Shown piece after piece: positions 1 to 18,200 of a DNA stretch of 64,000 nt. The DNA is from Piromyces finnis finn. Taxonomy: Eukaryota; Fungi; Neocallimastigomycota. The DNA lies in the NCBI GenBank assembly GCA_002104945.1, contig MCFH01000001.1:868001-932000 (forward strand). The letters run 5' to 3'. A program made the position numbers and the translations under genes. The notes under the pieces are model-generated. The model was not told where the DNA came from. It made no database searches and saw only the letters and a list, made by a program, of their open reading frames with translations. Position 1 is the first letter of the stretch; each line of letters starts with the position of its first letter.

Positions 1-1881
1 TTTAAAGTTTATAGTATGGTACATTGGCGAGTAACATAAAATAATGATAATATATATTTGGAATAATTAATTAAAAATTAAAAAAAGAGTAAGGCATGAA
101 ATTTCGAAAGAAAAAGAAATCTCAATGGCCTACTTTGAAAACTTTAAATATTAGGTCCAGGTAGAACTATTTAGCTTAATATTCTTTTTAATTCTATTTT
201 TAAGCACCTTTATTGCTAATACTAAAGATGATGCTGCTATGAAACTACTAAATATTGTGTTCTATATTAAAAAAAAATAAAGTCCTACTCTCTAAGGAAA
301 TAAATGGAAGGCATCACCAATAATTAAAAAATCATTCCATTCATTTAATTTATTTTGATGTTTTTTTTTTGTTCTTTATCATTGTTGGTAAACATTTTAA
401 TAATATATGGTTGCAATATACTACAATATATAGTGATTGCAACCAATAAATTTTAATTAGATAAAATTAATATATTCATTATCAAAAAAAAAAAAATTAA
501 TAAAGGTTAAGTTATTAAAAATTAATATAAAAAAAAAGTTGAAATTAGCATTTCAAAAATAAAAAAAAGTTAAAAAAGGGAAATGGTAAGGGGGTAAGGA
601 GTAGTAATGCTTTTATGGAAATAGTTATTTCAAATTTATAATTTCTTAAATATCACCTATTATTATACCTACATTTAAATATTGATTAAGATAATGAATA
701 GAGGCTGTAGTTTCTTGCCATATTTTAATAATAAAAATTTTTATTTCTTAATTGTATTACAAGTGTATTACATTATACAGAAAACTCGAATGCATCAATA
801 TCTCTACCCAAATAATTAATAAATAAAATAATATATTAATTTATAAAGTCAACTTTATCAATATATTTTGATTATCATTTCTTTTAATAATGATTACAGA
901 TAGGCAGAATAATGATAATAATAAGGAAAAAAAAGAATCAACACTGGTTAATTTCAAATATAAAGAAAAAGACTTTTTAAATCATTTTTATTATCTTTTT
1001 ATATTTTTAGGCAATGATAGGTAGTAAAAATCATTTTTTGCTTTTATGATGTAAAAGTGAAAATAAAAATCTATCTATAGAATGATACTAAAATATTTAA
1101 AACATAATAATTATATATTATATATAAATAAAATGAAAATTCTTTCATTTTAAATATCTGATTATGATTTTTTTTTTGAATAAAACTAAATTTCTTTTTC
1201 TTTCTTTCTTTTTTTTAAAAAAAAGTGATACTATTATTATTTCCTATCTTTTATAAAATTATTGTGATATGTAGCAGTTTGAGTTTATTTCATTGAACAT
1301 GCGATGTACTATTTAATATAATATATAATGCGTATATGATACTAAAATATGTCATCGTACTACTACTACTGTAGGACTACTTTAATTAAAATGAATATTC
1401 GTTTATAATGATAAGAAAATACTTTAAAATAATTACTAAACATTATCTCTATCGAAATAAAAATTGTGATAACATTCAAAAAATTCATTTTTTTAATTAA
1501 TAGGCCAGTTTCATATTTATTTTTATCAAAATAAGGTCATGGATTGGGTTTAAAGTTAGCAGTCCATGAAAAACTGTAGAAATTTCTTTCTTTAGAAAAA
1601 AAATTAAAATTTAAAATATATTAAAAAAAATAATCAAATTATTTTAATAATTAAGATTTTAAAATTTTAATTAAAAAATAAATAAAATAACAAACATTTT
1701 TTATAATTATAAATTTCATTAATTATTAATTTAGTAAAAAAAAAATTTTTTTTTTTTAAATCTTTATCATTACACTTTTTACTCACCACATACACAACAA
1801 TCCTACACCTTTTAAATACTAAAAATAAAAATTATTAATATACCCAATTGTATCTATTTTTTAATATATAAATAAATTAAC

Positions 1882-5830
<3,949 letters not shown>

Positions 5831-7401
5831 TATACCATCTCATTATAAAATTTATAATTTAAATTGTAATTACTACGTCCATTAATAAAACTTTTTTTTT
5901 AAGCTTTTAGTACAATTTGTTAAAATATAATACAAAATACTTTTTCAAAGACAAATAACATTTTAACACTATTATTTAATATTAGTGTTTTTAATAATAA
6001 TTTAATTTAATATAATAATAAATATATATAAATAATAAGAAAATTATATTAATATATATTTTTATAAAATAGTAATTTGTTGTTTATTTATAGTTACACA
6101 AGTACTATTCTAAATAATAGGAATTTTCAAATAACTTGGCTAAATTATAGTTGTTGTAACTTTACATGAATTGTAATATTTAGGTAAATACTTTTTTTTT
6201 TTTTTTTAATATTAATAATAAAAAAGAAGGCTGACTCAAAGTTTTTTTTTTCTTTTAATAATTAAAAGTATTTGTAATTACTAATATAATAATAATTAAT
6301 TAAAATTCCGCTTAATATTTTATTTTATGTATCATACTTTATCTTTTTGTTATCCTATTTTTAATTAGGATTTTTTAATTTAACATACACTTTTTAATAA
6401 ATTATATTTTGTTGATATTTTTGAATAACTATAATAATAATAAAACTTTTTTTTTTCTTCTTACTATTAATAAATTATTAATGATAATTAAAAAAGAGTT
6501 CACTTTTACTGGTTCTTTTTTCCTTTGAAAAGCGAAATGCCTAGTCTTTCACCTATTTAAATTGTAATTTTTAATATTATTTTCCTTTATTATTAATATT
6601 TTCCTTTTAATAGTTAATATATTATTTATATATTAATAGTTCATTGATAATATATGGATTTGTCATTCTTTTACCAATCAATATTTTAAGTTTTAATCCT
6701 TCAATATCTATTTAAATTGCTGAATTCAATAGAGCCATTTAAATTTATATTTTATTTTATATATTAATATATATATTTTATAATATATATTTAATTACTT
6801 ACCCAAAAGGTCAAGAAATAAAAAGAAAAAGAATTAATAATAGTAATACTAATAATTAATAATAATAATAAAATACACCAAACCCTATAGAATAATAAAC
6901 TATTAAATAATTATTTATAAAATAATAAAAATTTTTTTTTTTTTTTCTTTTTTCAACTTTCATAAATTAGTAAATAATTTATTTAATCCTTTGATTATAT
7001 TTGTTTTTTTAGTTTATAAAAAAACGAATTCAAAAGCTATTTTTTTTTAAAAAAAAAATAGAAAAGAAAAACATAAATCTATAAAAAGCGATACTTTTTT
7101 TTTTTCCTTTTTTTTAAAAAAAAAATAAAAAAAAGGCAGCAATAACATTTTTTTTTTCATCAAAAACAATAATTTTATATTATAAAAAGTAAAGGCTTGC
7201 AAAAAGCTAAAGCAATAATAAAAAGAAAAAAGTGAATTAATTAGTGTACTATACAGAATTAATTTTTAATCCCAGAATCTGTTATCTCTTTAAACATTAC
7301 AAATAAAAAACACATCAAATTTTATATTAATTAATTAATTAATTAATTTTTAAATCAACTTTAATTTTATTATATAATTTTTATTCAATAATATATTCAA
7401 T

Positions 7402-7455
7402 ATGGGTTACTTCTTCTTCCAAAACGGTAAGCACGTTGGTAATGACGTTGATTAA
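7402..7455 (+). promoter_or_regulatory. Candidate peptide-coding upstream ORF (MGYFFFQNGKHVGNDVD) in the leader of the GATA gene
   Basis: GC-enriched 54-nt ORF in AT-rich DNA with codons typical of the strongly biased genes in this window (TAC, TTC, AAC, AAG, CAC, GAC). It contains a GTAAGC donor-like site at 7427 and lies about 440 nt upstream of the GATA ATG. Confidence 0.45.
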
Positions 7456-7896
7456 AGAGATACGGGATTAAAATAAATTTAGTATATTCATATTTATATA
7501 TAAATTAAGAATAATTCAATAGTACATTTAAATTTTATAAAATAATTAATTAATAATTAAATAATAGAAAACAATACACTTTTAATAATTAATTTCACTT
7601 TTAATAATTCATATAAATCAAATTTCTTTGAAAGTTTTTTTTTAAAAAAAAAAAAAAAAATTAAATATATATATATAAATTAAAGTAATAATAATTATAC
7701 GAATAAATAAAAATAACTTTTTGATAATTTAAAAGATACAATTTAATAATTAGTCAATATATAATAATCAATACGAATAAGAAAACAATAATAAACACAA
7801 TATATTCATATAATATTCCTCATATCACACATTTCATATTCACTTATAGATTAAGAAATATAATCATACACCTTTTAAATATTAAAGTATAATATC

Positions 7897-9363
7897 ATGG
7901 ATAACAAGAATTTAACTAATTTATTAAATATGATGGTTAGAATGCCATCCACTATTTCTTCACAAGAAAATAGTATCACTAGCAATGAACTTGAAGCTTA
8001 CATCAAAAATTTACAAGCCTTAAACAACACTTTAAATGGCTCTTCCCCAGTAAACAACACTCTTTTAAAAAGAAGTGAAAATAACAATAAATTAGAAATC
8101 AGTAACAATGAAGTCTATGGATTTGCTCCACTTTCTCCAATGTCCGATTCAGAAAGTGCTTTTGGAAATGAATTAAATGAAAATCCAGATTCTATTCATA
8201 GTCCACCAGCAACACCACCAATGGATGATTTTAATACAAATACAAATTTTTTAAACAAAGATGAATTAAATATTAATCTTTTAAATTATCCATTTCTCTT
8301 CAATAATAACAATTACATGCCATTAGTTAAGGAACAAAATTTAAAGAAAGCTCACCCACAACCAGAACAATGTTCTCCATCTTCTAAAAAGATTAAATTA
8401 GAAAGTGGTTATTCCAAGGAAGTTGCATATAATGAAACTAAGATTGAAAAGAAGAAGAGTAAAGAAAATGGACGTAAAATTACTTGTTATAATTGTCATA
8501 CGGATTCTACACCTCTCTGGAGAAGAACTCCAGATAGATTACATTCTTTATGCAATGCATGTGGTCTCTACTACAAGCAATACAATACTCACAGACCATT
8601 GAATTTACAACATAAATCTTCTAAAACCAACAAGAAATGTAATACTACTTCTTCTCCATCTACCACTTCCTCAAAAATCTCTATTAAACCAATCTTAAAG
8701 AAGGAAATCTCAATTTTAACTCCAGAAGTTGCTAGTCCAACCGAATTACTTTTAGCTAATAAAAATGCTGAATTATTAAATTCTGTCAACTTTACTAATA
8801 ATTTAGATTTATTAAATCAAGTTTCTTCTGGTACTTCTAGCTTATTAGCTGCTAGTAGTCCATTAGCAACTGAATCTTTATTAGCATCTTCTGTCTCTAC
8901 CAATCCTCAACTTCTTGGTTCATTAGCTGCTGCTACTACTACTACTAATAATGATATGATGAACTCTTCATTATTATTAAATAATTCTGATCTTTTGAGT
9001 ACCGTTGCTCTCTTAAATAATCAAAATCTATCTTTAAAGAGAAAGCATAGTGAAGATCTTTCTAGTGATAACGAGTTTTTATACCAAAATAATGAAAATC
9101 TTTTCTTAAATCAAGGTAATACTAGCATGAACAATGTCATGAACGACCCATCTTTCTTACTCTCAAAAGCTATGAAAAATGTTACTGAAGAATTATCCAA
9201 TATATCCACAGAGAGTTTAGTAAATTCACAATTAGAAGAAAAAAAATTCAGAAGTGAAATTGAATGTATGGAAAGAGAAGATGTTCAACGCTTGTTAACA
9301 AACTATGAAAAGCGTTGTGAATTTCTCCGTGGTTATTTAATGGCTACTCGTAACAGAAATTAG
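7897..9363 (+). CDS. GATA-type zinc-finger transcription factor (single C-X2-C-X18-C-X2-C finger)
   Basis: CYNCHTDSTPLWRRTPDRLHSLCNACGLYYKQY followed by a basic region; single 488-aa exon; C-terminal coiled-coil-like segment. Confidence 0.92.
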   Translation: MDNKNLTNLLNMMVRMPSTISSQENSITSNELEAYIKNLQALNNTLNGSSPVNNTLLKRSENNNKLEISNNEVYGFAPLSPMSDSESAFGNELNENPDSIHSPPATPPMDDFNTNTNFLNKDELNINLLNYPFLFNNNNYMPLVKEQNLKKAHPQPEQCSPSSKKIKLESGYSKEVAYNETKIEKKKSKENGRKITCYNCHTDSTPLWRRTPDRLHSLCNACGLYYKQYNTHRPLNLQHKSSKTNKKCNTTSSPSTTSSKISIKPILKKEISILTPEVASPTELLLANKNAELLNSVNFTNNLDLLNQVSSGTSSLLAASSPLATESLLASSVSTNPQLLGSLAAATTTTNNDMMNSSLLLNNSDLLSTVALLNNQNLSLKRKHSEDLSSDNEFLYQNNENLFLNQGNTSMNNVMNDPSFLLSKAMKNVTEELSNISTESLVNSQLEEKKFRSEIECMEREDVQRLLTNYEKRCEFLRGYLMATRNRN

Positions 9364-10321
9364 ACGAACAATAGATAATACTTTAATAATTATTAGGCAT
9401 ATGTTCTATTTGCTAACTAGTTATTAAATAATGAAGTAAGGGGAAAAAATAACTAAGAACTATGATACAATAGATAAATAGAATAAGAAAAGAAAAAGGA
9501 GGCAAATTCTGATAAAAAAAAAACTATAATTTTTTTTATCAATGAATACTTTTTCTATTTCAGTAAGACTTTATCCACCAATTATGGTCAAAGTTATTAA
9601 AAGTATACTTACTTTTATAATTATTATTATTTTTGAAACTTTATATAATTTATTTTTTCTTTTTTTTTTATTGTTTCTTTAAAAAAAAAAAAAGATTTTT
9701 AATTATGAATTGAAATTTTTTCATATTATTCTCCACAAATATCAATATTATTCTATTCTTTCTTTTTTTAAAAAAAAAAAAAAAAGAAGGAAAATCATTA
9801 TTTGTTTTTTATTATCTAATATTAATGATTTCTTTATAAATTTTTATTTTTCTAAAAAAAAAAAAAAAAAAAAGCAATGACCATATATATATTTTTAATT
9901 ATTAGCCTTAACTAACAACAAATCACCATAACTTTTATTATTCAATAGTTTAAGTATTAATATAGAATATACTTTTTTTTTTTTTTTTTTTATTATTTTA
10001 TTTATTTTTTTTTTAATAGTTTTTACAAATTTGTAATTATTTTACTCTAATCATATGTAAATTTTTAATAGGTTTTCATTTTTTTTTATTTTTTCTATAG
10101 GTAGTTTTTAACAAAGAAAAAATAATTAATAAAAAATAATAATAATAATAATGGCGTTGTTTAAGAGTGTATTTAAAATTATTAGAGCATTTTTTTTGTA
10201 TTTTTATTGCTTTACTTTATAATACATTTAAAATTATGGTATATTTAAAAAAAAAAATGTTTTTTTTTTTTTACGAATCGATGCTCATACGCTGTTACAA
10301 AATAAATAATTAATACCTATT

Positions 10322-11796
10322 TTATTTGGAACGATGACCAAGATAATACATTAATAAAAAGTATAAAATAAACAAGATGATAAGAAAATGACCATGAATA
10401 AATTTTATTATTTTATTACTACTTGGTTTCCTATAGGAATAGTATTATATTTTAATATTGTTAAGGAAAAAAAAAAAAAAGGTTAGTTAAAAAGCACCAC
10501 TTTATAGAGTTATACCTATAGATATATAAAAAATATTTACATATATTCTTTTTTATCAACATATACTAATAAATGAGTCACTCGAATATGCGCATTATTC
10601 TTAATAATAAAATATTCCTATAAAATATTGAGTAGAAAATGAAAACATATATATACATATTTATATAGTAATATTAATAGAAATTTTATTTAATAAAGGA
10701 AATGCTATATATATAAAACACTCTTACATTTGGTGGTAAATCATCATATAAACCACTATCATCTAAAAATAATAATAACAATAATAACAATAATAACAAT
10801 AATAATAATAGAAAAAAAAAAAAATATATTATTATAATTTAAAAATTAATATATATACATCAATTAAATTTTATCATCATAAAGTAAAAAAAAAAAAAGA
10901 TAAATACCTATTTGTTTTTGCATAATATCTGGATGCTTAATAATTTCACAAAGGGCTACTGCAACAATTTGATTACCTTTTCCTATAATACTTTTAATAC
11001 CTCTTCCTGTATTACCTTTTGAAAATGTAAACGAAAGTTTTAAATCGACGGATGTATATATACCTTTTCCAAATGCACTCCTCTATTAAATAATTATTAG
11101 AAAGAAAGAAAGAAATAATAAATATATTTAATTCCTATTAATTTATTAAAAAAAAAAAAAAAAGACTTAAATAATAATACCTTATTTAAATTTGTTTGAA
11201 GTCCATAATGTAAAATAGAATGAAAATTTTCAAAGGATGAACCATGATATGCGTAAAATGATCCATATTCTTTTTTCAGTTTTTCAAATTCAAGATTATG
11301 TTGAATACATCTTGGTAGCTTGGCATCAGGATCATCTGAAGATGGTTGAACATAATTTACTTTAAAAATATATGATGGAACATAATCACATAAATCATTA
11401 TTTTCCATATCTAGACTTTCCGATGATAAATATAAAGATGAATTATTTAAATTTAGAGAATGAGACATTGTTAAATCGTCAACAGAATCGCCATGAACTA
11501 ATTCACCATTTTGTATTACAACTTTTAAAACTCGTTTAAGCTGAACTTCCGAGTTTATTATCCAATTCAATAAAGAATCATCTACAGAAAAAAAAAAAAA
11601 AAAAAAAAACAATAAGAATAAATAAATAAATATGTAATTTTATTTAAAAAAGGATAAATTTTTAATAAATATATATGTATGTATGAAAATGCAAATATGA
11701 ATTTCTAATTTAAATTTTTTTGAAATTTCAATTTTTTTGAAATTTAAATTCAAATTTCAAAATTTGGTTTAAATTCCAATTGAGCAGTCAAAAAAA

Positions 11797-11833
<37 letters not shown>

Positions 11834-12331
11834 ATTTTATAAAATTATATACATGTATATATATACCTTCTGGATTTTCAATTCTCGTAAGTTTTTCCAT
11901 ATTTTCTAATAAAGATTTCTATATATTATAAATTTTACAAACTAATTAATGATTTGTTTATTTATTTACTTTTTATGTATTTATTTTATACTTTATTCCT
12001 AGTATTATTAATTCTATTCTTTTTATTATTCCTTGATATCATATTATAGTAAAATATAGGTATATATATATATACATATACACTTTACCACTCTTTTAAT
12101 ATCTTTCAAGTTTTTTCTATATCTTAGGTTTGGTGAAGTGCCGTCACCACTTGTTACACTCTTGTTTTCTAAAAAATATTCTTTTGGAAAGGGATCGCAT
12201 AAATATTCTGCATTACTTGAACTTACGGAAGCATAAAAGAAATCTACAAGAAGATCACGTCCTAGAACATTATGCATTCTTTTTCTAACATTAGTTTGTT
12301 TATTATTATTATTACTATTTGGTAATGCCAT
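10322..12331 (-). CDS. PARP16: Multi-exon PARP16/ARTD15-like tail-anchored ADP-ribosyltransferase
   Basis: Exons give DPFPKEY, YAYHGSSFENFHSILHYGLQTNLNK / RSAFGKGIYTSVDL / VALCEIIKHPD / DLPP / EYFIIKNNAHIRVTHLLVY and a C-terminal hydrophobic helix FLIILFILYFLLMYYL. This is the motif order of PARP16. The last exon junctions are less certain. Confidence 0.75.
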
Positions 12332-12353
12332 ATTATATTATATTTATTATATT

Positions 12354-12397
<44 letters not shown>

Positions 12398-13495
12398 TTA
12401 TCTATATATTTTGTTGATAATGTTGCCAATTTTCTTTTATTATTTTAAAATTTTGTTTTAAAATTATTCCTGATTTGAAAGTTTATTCTTATTTTTATTA
12501 TTTATACTATTTTAGAATTTATATATATTTGTATATATATGTTTTTTTATTTTAAAGTTATTTTTATTATTGATTTTATTGGTATTGTTGTTGTTGTTGT
12601 TTCATTCAAATTTACTAATTACCTATTAATTTAAATTCTTTATTAAAGTAATATTATATATTAAAATAGGTATTGATATTATCTCTTGCTATTAATTTTA
12701 TTATTAATTATAGAGTTTGATTCTTTTCTTTATTATTAGTATTATTTCTTAAAGAAATAATAATAAAATATGCAAGGTCTTTTTTTTTTTTAAAAAAAAT
12801 AATATTGATGTATCAATAACTTTTAAGTTTATTTTTTTTAATTAATTTTTTAAAAAAAAATGTTAATTATTTAAATTAAAAAAAAATATATATAAACTTT
12901 TTCATTCTTTAAAGATTCTTCAAAAACGAAAAAATAAAAATTAATTATTGTAGCTTTAATATTATAACACAAAGGAAGGTTTTATTTCTAAAATAACAAT
13001 GAATAAGAATAAAATAATATTATTTATTTATATAAATGTCTTGTTAATATACATTTTACCAATATAACATAGTTTTAAATTTAAAAGGTTTGATTTTCTT
13101 ATTAAAAATCTGTAATTGTATCTTCTTTTAAAATTGATAATAAATGTATTTACTTTATAATAAAACCTAAAAAATATATACTGATATTTGCTTTATATTA
13201 AAAAGGTTTATCCCATATTAATAATAAAATATACGTATGAATATATTCTTCATTTTCTTTTTTTAGTTTTATTATAATCTCTCTCCTCTATTTAAAAAAA
13301 AAAAAAGTATACGTATACTTTTAATAATACAAATTATGAAATCAACCAATAAAAAATCAATTTTCAATTCATAAACTTTAATAATTTAAAAAAAAAAAAA
13401 AATTATTTAGTTCCAAGAAAGTAAATTATATATTTATTTTAAAACTAAAAAAGGGAATTAACTTTAAAATTTCTTAATATACAAAATATATAATA

Positions 13496-14026
13496 ATGTC
13501 ATTTGACGAACTCTTATTTATCGAAGAAGAGTATTTATTTTGTTAATTAAATAAATAATAATTTGACTTATTATTATCCATAAAAATTATTAAAAAAAAA
13601 AAAAAAATTAAACCAAAATTATTAATATCAAAATATATTACATATATATGTAATTGCTTGTAATTTTTAAATATTATATAATATATTTTTGTTTAAAAAA
13701 AAAAAAGTTTCATAAAAAAAGGATATGACTCAGGAATTGCTGCTGGAGAGGAATTTGGTAAAAGAGAAGGTTTTGAATGTGGAGTTGAAAATGGTTATTC
13801 ATATGGTGTTGAACTTGGTTATTACCGAGGTTTCTTAAAAGTTTACAAATCTCATTTCATTGATGTTGAAAGTGATCCAAAAGTAAAGTAAGTTGAATAT
13901 ATATATATAGTATATATATTATTTTATTATAAAATAACTATTTTTAAAATGACTTTTTTTAATATTAATAAATTTTTAAAAATTTAATTTTATGACAAAT
14001 TTCAAATTATAAAATTTGTTTTTGTT

Positions 14027-14069
<43 letters not shown>

Positions 14070-14291
14070 CATAAAGAAAAATTATATAATTCTATCATAG
14101 AAATGATAAATGATTTTACTAGTAACCCAGACCAAATAGTTTTGGTGAAATTAAGATCCAAATTTAAAATGTTATTAGGAAATATAAAGTCTAAAGCGGC
14201 TATTAACGACCAACTTGACAGTCTTCAATTTAATAATAGATCACAATCCGAAAAACCATTATGCTTTAAAGGAGAAGATATAGATTTTTAA
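13496..14291 (+). CDS. LTO1: LTO1/ORAOV1-like (Yae1_N deca-GX3 family) Fe-S assembly adaptor, three exons
   Basis: MSFDELLFIEE / GYDSGIAAGEEFGKREGFECGVENGYSYGVELGYYRGF (GX3 repeat) / LVKLRSKFK...DIDF; GT-AG introns in consistent phase. Confidence 0.72.
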
Positions 14292-14706
14292 ATGTAATGC
14301 ATGTTTTACTTATAGATAATATGATAAATAGTTAAATATATATATATATTCTTAACTAGATGAAGAAAAAAAAAGAAAAAAAAAAAAAAAAAAAAAGCTA
14401 ATGACATATTACAAATAGATAGATTCGTAAATAATTATATAAAAAATCGGTTTGTTAATTTTACGCACCCATTTTAGAATTTCATAATTTAAGATTAACC
14501 GTCTAGTTTTTTTTTTTTTTTTTTTTTCAACTATCTAATACCTTTGTATATTAGAAATAATAAATAAATAAATATTATAGAATTATCTTTTTTTTTTTTC
14601 TTTAATGTAAATAAATTATATAAATTACTGAATAAAAATAAAAAATAAAAGGTTACATTTTATTATTTATTAAAAATAAAAAAGTAAAATTTTCACATTT
14701 ATATTT

Positions 14707-14748
<42 letters not shown>

Positions 14749-15295
14749 AAGAGAAAAGAAAGAAAATTACGTTTTTTATTTTTTTTTTTTTTTTTTTTTT
14801 TATTGTCAAAATATATGTAAAATTTGAAAATAATACAATAAAAACAGATAAATTTTATTTTTTAAAAAAAAAAAAAAGTATGTTTTATATAGAAAATATT
14901 AATAATATTATGAATTAAAAAAAAAAAGTGAATAAAAAATAAAATTTATGAATAATAAAAAAGGTTGAAAAATAAAAAAAGAAAGTAAACAGTAAACAGA
15001 AATAATTTATAAACTGAAAACTTTTTTATAGAATAAAAAAAAAAAACTCAGTTTAGAATAATGAAAAATATATGTATATATATAAATAATAATTATAAAA
15101 ATAATAATAATTAAAAAATAATGAAGGAATCTCTATTTTTTTTTTCTCTCTCTCTCTCTCTCGATAATTAAAATTCTATAACAATAAATAAAATATATTT
15201 TTTTATTATAATGATGATACCGATATATATAAAAGTTGCAAAAGTATACATATATATATATATATATATTTAGATTTTTCTTACTTTTTTCTTTT

Positions 15296-18200
15296 CTACT
15301 TCTTTTTTTCTTTTTTGTTTGAACTCTTATAGGTGGTGGAATTAGTAATACTCTTTTTTCTAACAACATTTCTAAGTTGATTAGGAGAATATACGGTTTC
15401 ATCTTTCATATGTTGTAATTCATCAAAGGAATAAAGTTTAGGAGTTACCTCACCTAAAGATACTTGTTTTTTGCTTTTTTTTTTTAAAGATTTACGACGA
15501 TTAAAATTATCATCATAGTCACTATCTGTATCAGATACAGCTATAGATTGTTTCTTTTTTGATTTCTTAATAGGTATTTCTATTTCTTCACTATCCGAAT
15601 CAGATATAGAATCTGTTACTTTATTCTTTGATGGTTTTTGACTTTTTGAATTTTTACGGGATTTTTCTTCATATTCACTTTCAGTGTCGGAAATAGAAGT
15701 CGCTTTTCTATTTTTTAATGATTGTTTATTTTTTACCAACTTTTTAATTGTCCCTCTTTCATACTCACTATCGGAATCGGAATCAGAATCAATAATGGAA
15801 TTTGTCTCCGATGTTACATATTCACTATTGTTAAAAGTATCAGAGGTATTGGGAAGAGAAGAAGATGAAGTAGCTTCAAGTTCATTATCATTTTCATCAC
15901 TACTAATAATTTCTTCAATATCATCGTCATCATCAACAACCATAATCTTTTTCTTTTTAAAATTTTTTATACTCTTAATATTGATTGTAAAATCTTCATC
16001 ATCATCACTATTAAACTTTCTCTTTAACGAATAATTATTCTTTAAAATTTTGTATTAAAATTAAAAACATTGTATGTAAAAGGTGAAATAAAAATAATTA
16101 TTAATATATATATTTCATAAACTTTTAAATAATATAGATGTGTGTATGGTGTATTAAATATAATATACTATACTTACAACTGGAATTACAATTTCTATAG
16201 CATCATTACGCTTTGGTTTTATATTCTAATATATATTTAAAATAATTAGTATTATTACCATTTAATATACTACATAGTATATATATAATTTTTCCTCTTT
16301 ATAATTCTTCATTGCATTAAATACCTGACACATGATAGATTTTTGTTCTTTTACAAAATTGGATATACTTTCTAAACAATATTTCATTTCCTTTGTCTTG
16401 GTCTCGTTTAAAATGGTATTAATGTTTGTGGAAAGATCACAAAGTAAAGATAAATCGTTCATAACATTATTATCAACAACCTTATAAGGCTTTGGAAGAG
16501 TACTCTTTTTACTACTATATCTTTTTTCTATTCTTATTGGTTTTTCTTTATCATAAATGGTTGTATCATACTTAGTTTCATCAAATTCATCATCAATAAC
16601 CATGATTTTATTATCTCTTTTTTTAACAACCTTCCTTGGAACCTCTACAATCATAATTTTATCGTTATTATTTACTTTTTTCTTAATTAGGCCTTCTCTT
16701 TCATAAAGATCTTCATTTAAATCAACCAATAATTCACTTTCCTTTTTGATTCCATCACTCGATATACCTTTGTATATTGTTTCATTGCCATCACCACCAT
16801 CATCAACATCATTTACAAATAAACGAATAATTTCGTATAAAGTAATTTTCTTAATATCTTTGGATATTTGCTTATTATTACTCATCTTATTGTTCTTTTC
16901 AATTAAACTATCAATTGATTCATTTAATATTTCATCTAATCTATTTTCTATAATTTTATCAATTTTTCCATCAATTTCTGAGAAGAAATACTTTTTAATT
17001 TTATCTTTTTCTTCTTTATTAATATTTAAATTATTGATTAAAAATTCTTCATCTTCTTCCCCGAACTCTTCAATGCTTTTCGTTATTTTTGATTTTCTGT
17101 CTTTACGCTTCTTTTCTGCACTATTATCTTTGCTATCTATGATTTGAATATTTTCTGATAGTTCATCGTTTTTATTTTCCACCATTTTTTCATTATTTAT
17201 CTCAGATATACTTTTTCTTTTTTTGGATTTAATAGATTTCTCTAATTCATTATCATCAATACTTTTCGATTTTTCTTTTTCTGTAATTATTTGAACTTCT
17301 TTACCACTTTCGACATCTTCAGGTATATTTTTATCTTTTGAAGGTTTTCCTTTTTTCTTTGAAATTATCTGAACGTCATTATCAATCTCTAAAACTTTCT
17401 CGTTAGTTTCTTCTGTGTTATTATTTTGATTAATGATTTGAATATCTTCTTCCTGCTTATCTTTTACATTAATAACATCACTTATTTCTATATTTTTATT
17501 TAATTCATTTGATTCCTTTTTACTTTCATCCTTTTCTAAGTTTTTAACATTCTTTTCCATAATACGATCATTTTCATTATCAATCATTTGAACTTCATTA
17601 TCATGATTTTTGTCCTTTTTTCCACTTTCACTTGTTTTGTTTTTATCTTTATCTATTTGAATATCTACTTCTTCAATAGTTGCATCAACATCTATACTTT
17701 TTAATTTATTTGAATCCTTATTAATAACATTTTGGAAATTTTTGTTATCTTCTCCAATAGCCGGATTTTTTTTTTCTTTTCTTGATAAATTATTATCTTG
17801 AATATTATTTTCGCTATCACTAATTTTACTTGTTACAATTAATATGTCTTTGTCCTCCTCCATTTTTTCTTTCGTTTCATCATCTTCAATTATTATATTT
17901 TCCTTTTTATTAATTTTTATTTCATCAGTTAAATCCTTTTTATTATTATTATCCTTCATTTTATTAATTTTAATATCATTAACATCATTTTCTTCTTCAA
18001 TAATTCTATTTTTCTTAATAATAATTGTTGTATCACTGTCCTCTTCTATTATATTATTTTTATCTTTATCCTTTTCATTATTTTTCACTACTAAAACATC
18101 ATCATCTTTTTCTATAATTATAGGTTCAATATCAATGTTTTTCTTGTCGTTCTCACTATTAACATTATTATTATCTTTGTTCCTCTTAGACTGTTCACCA

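Noticed and set aside
120-280. Hydrophobic reading frame (LIFFLILFLSTFIANTKDDAAMKLL) near the window start
   Set aside because: Interrupted by stops and has no diagnostic motif; might be a transporter relic but cannot be supported.
1537-1570. Short inverted repeat TCATGGA...TCCATGA
   Set aside because: A 7-bp stem is expected by chance in 64 kb.
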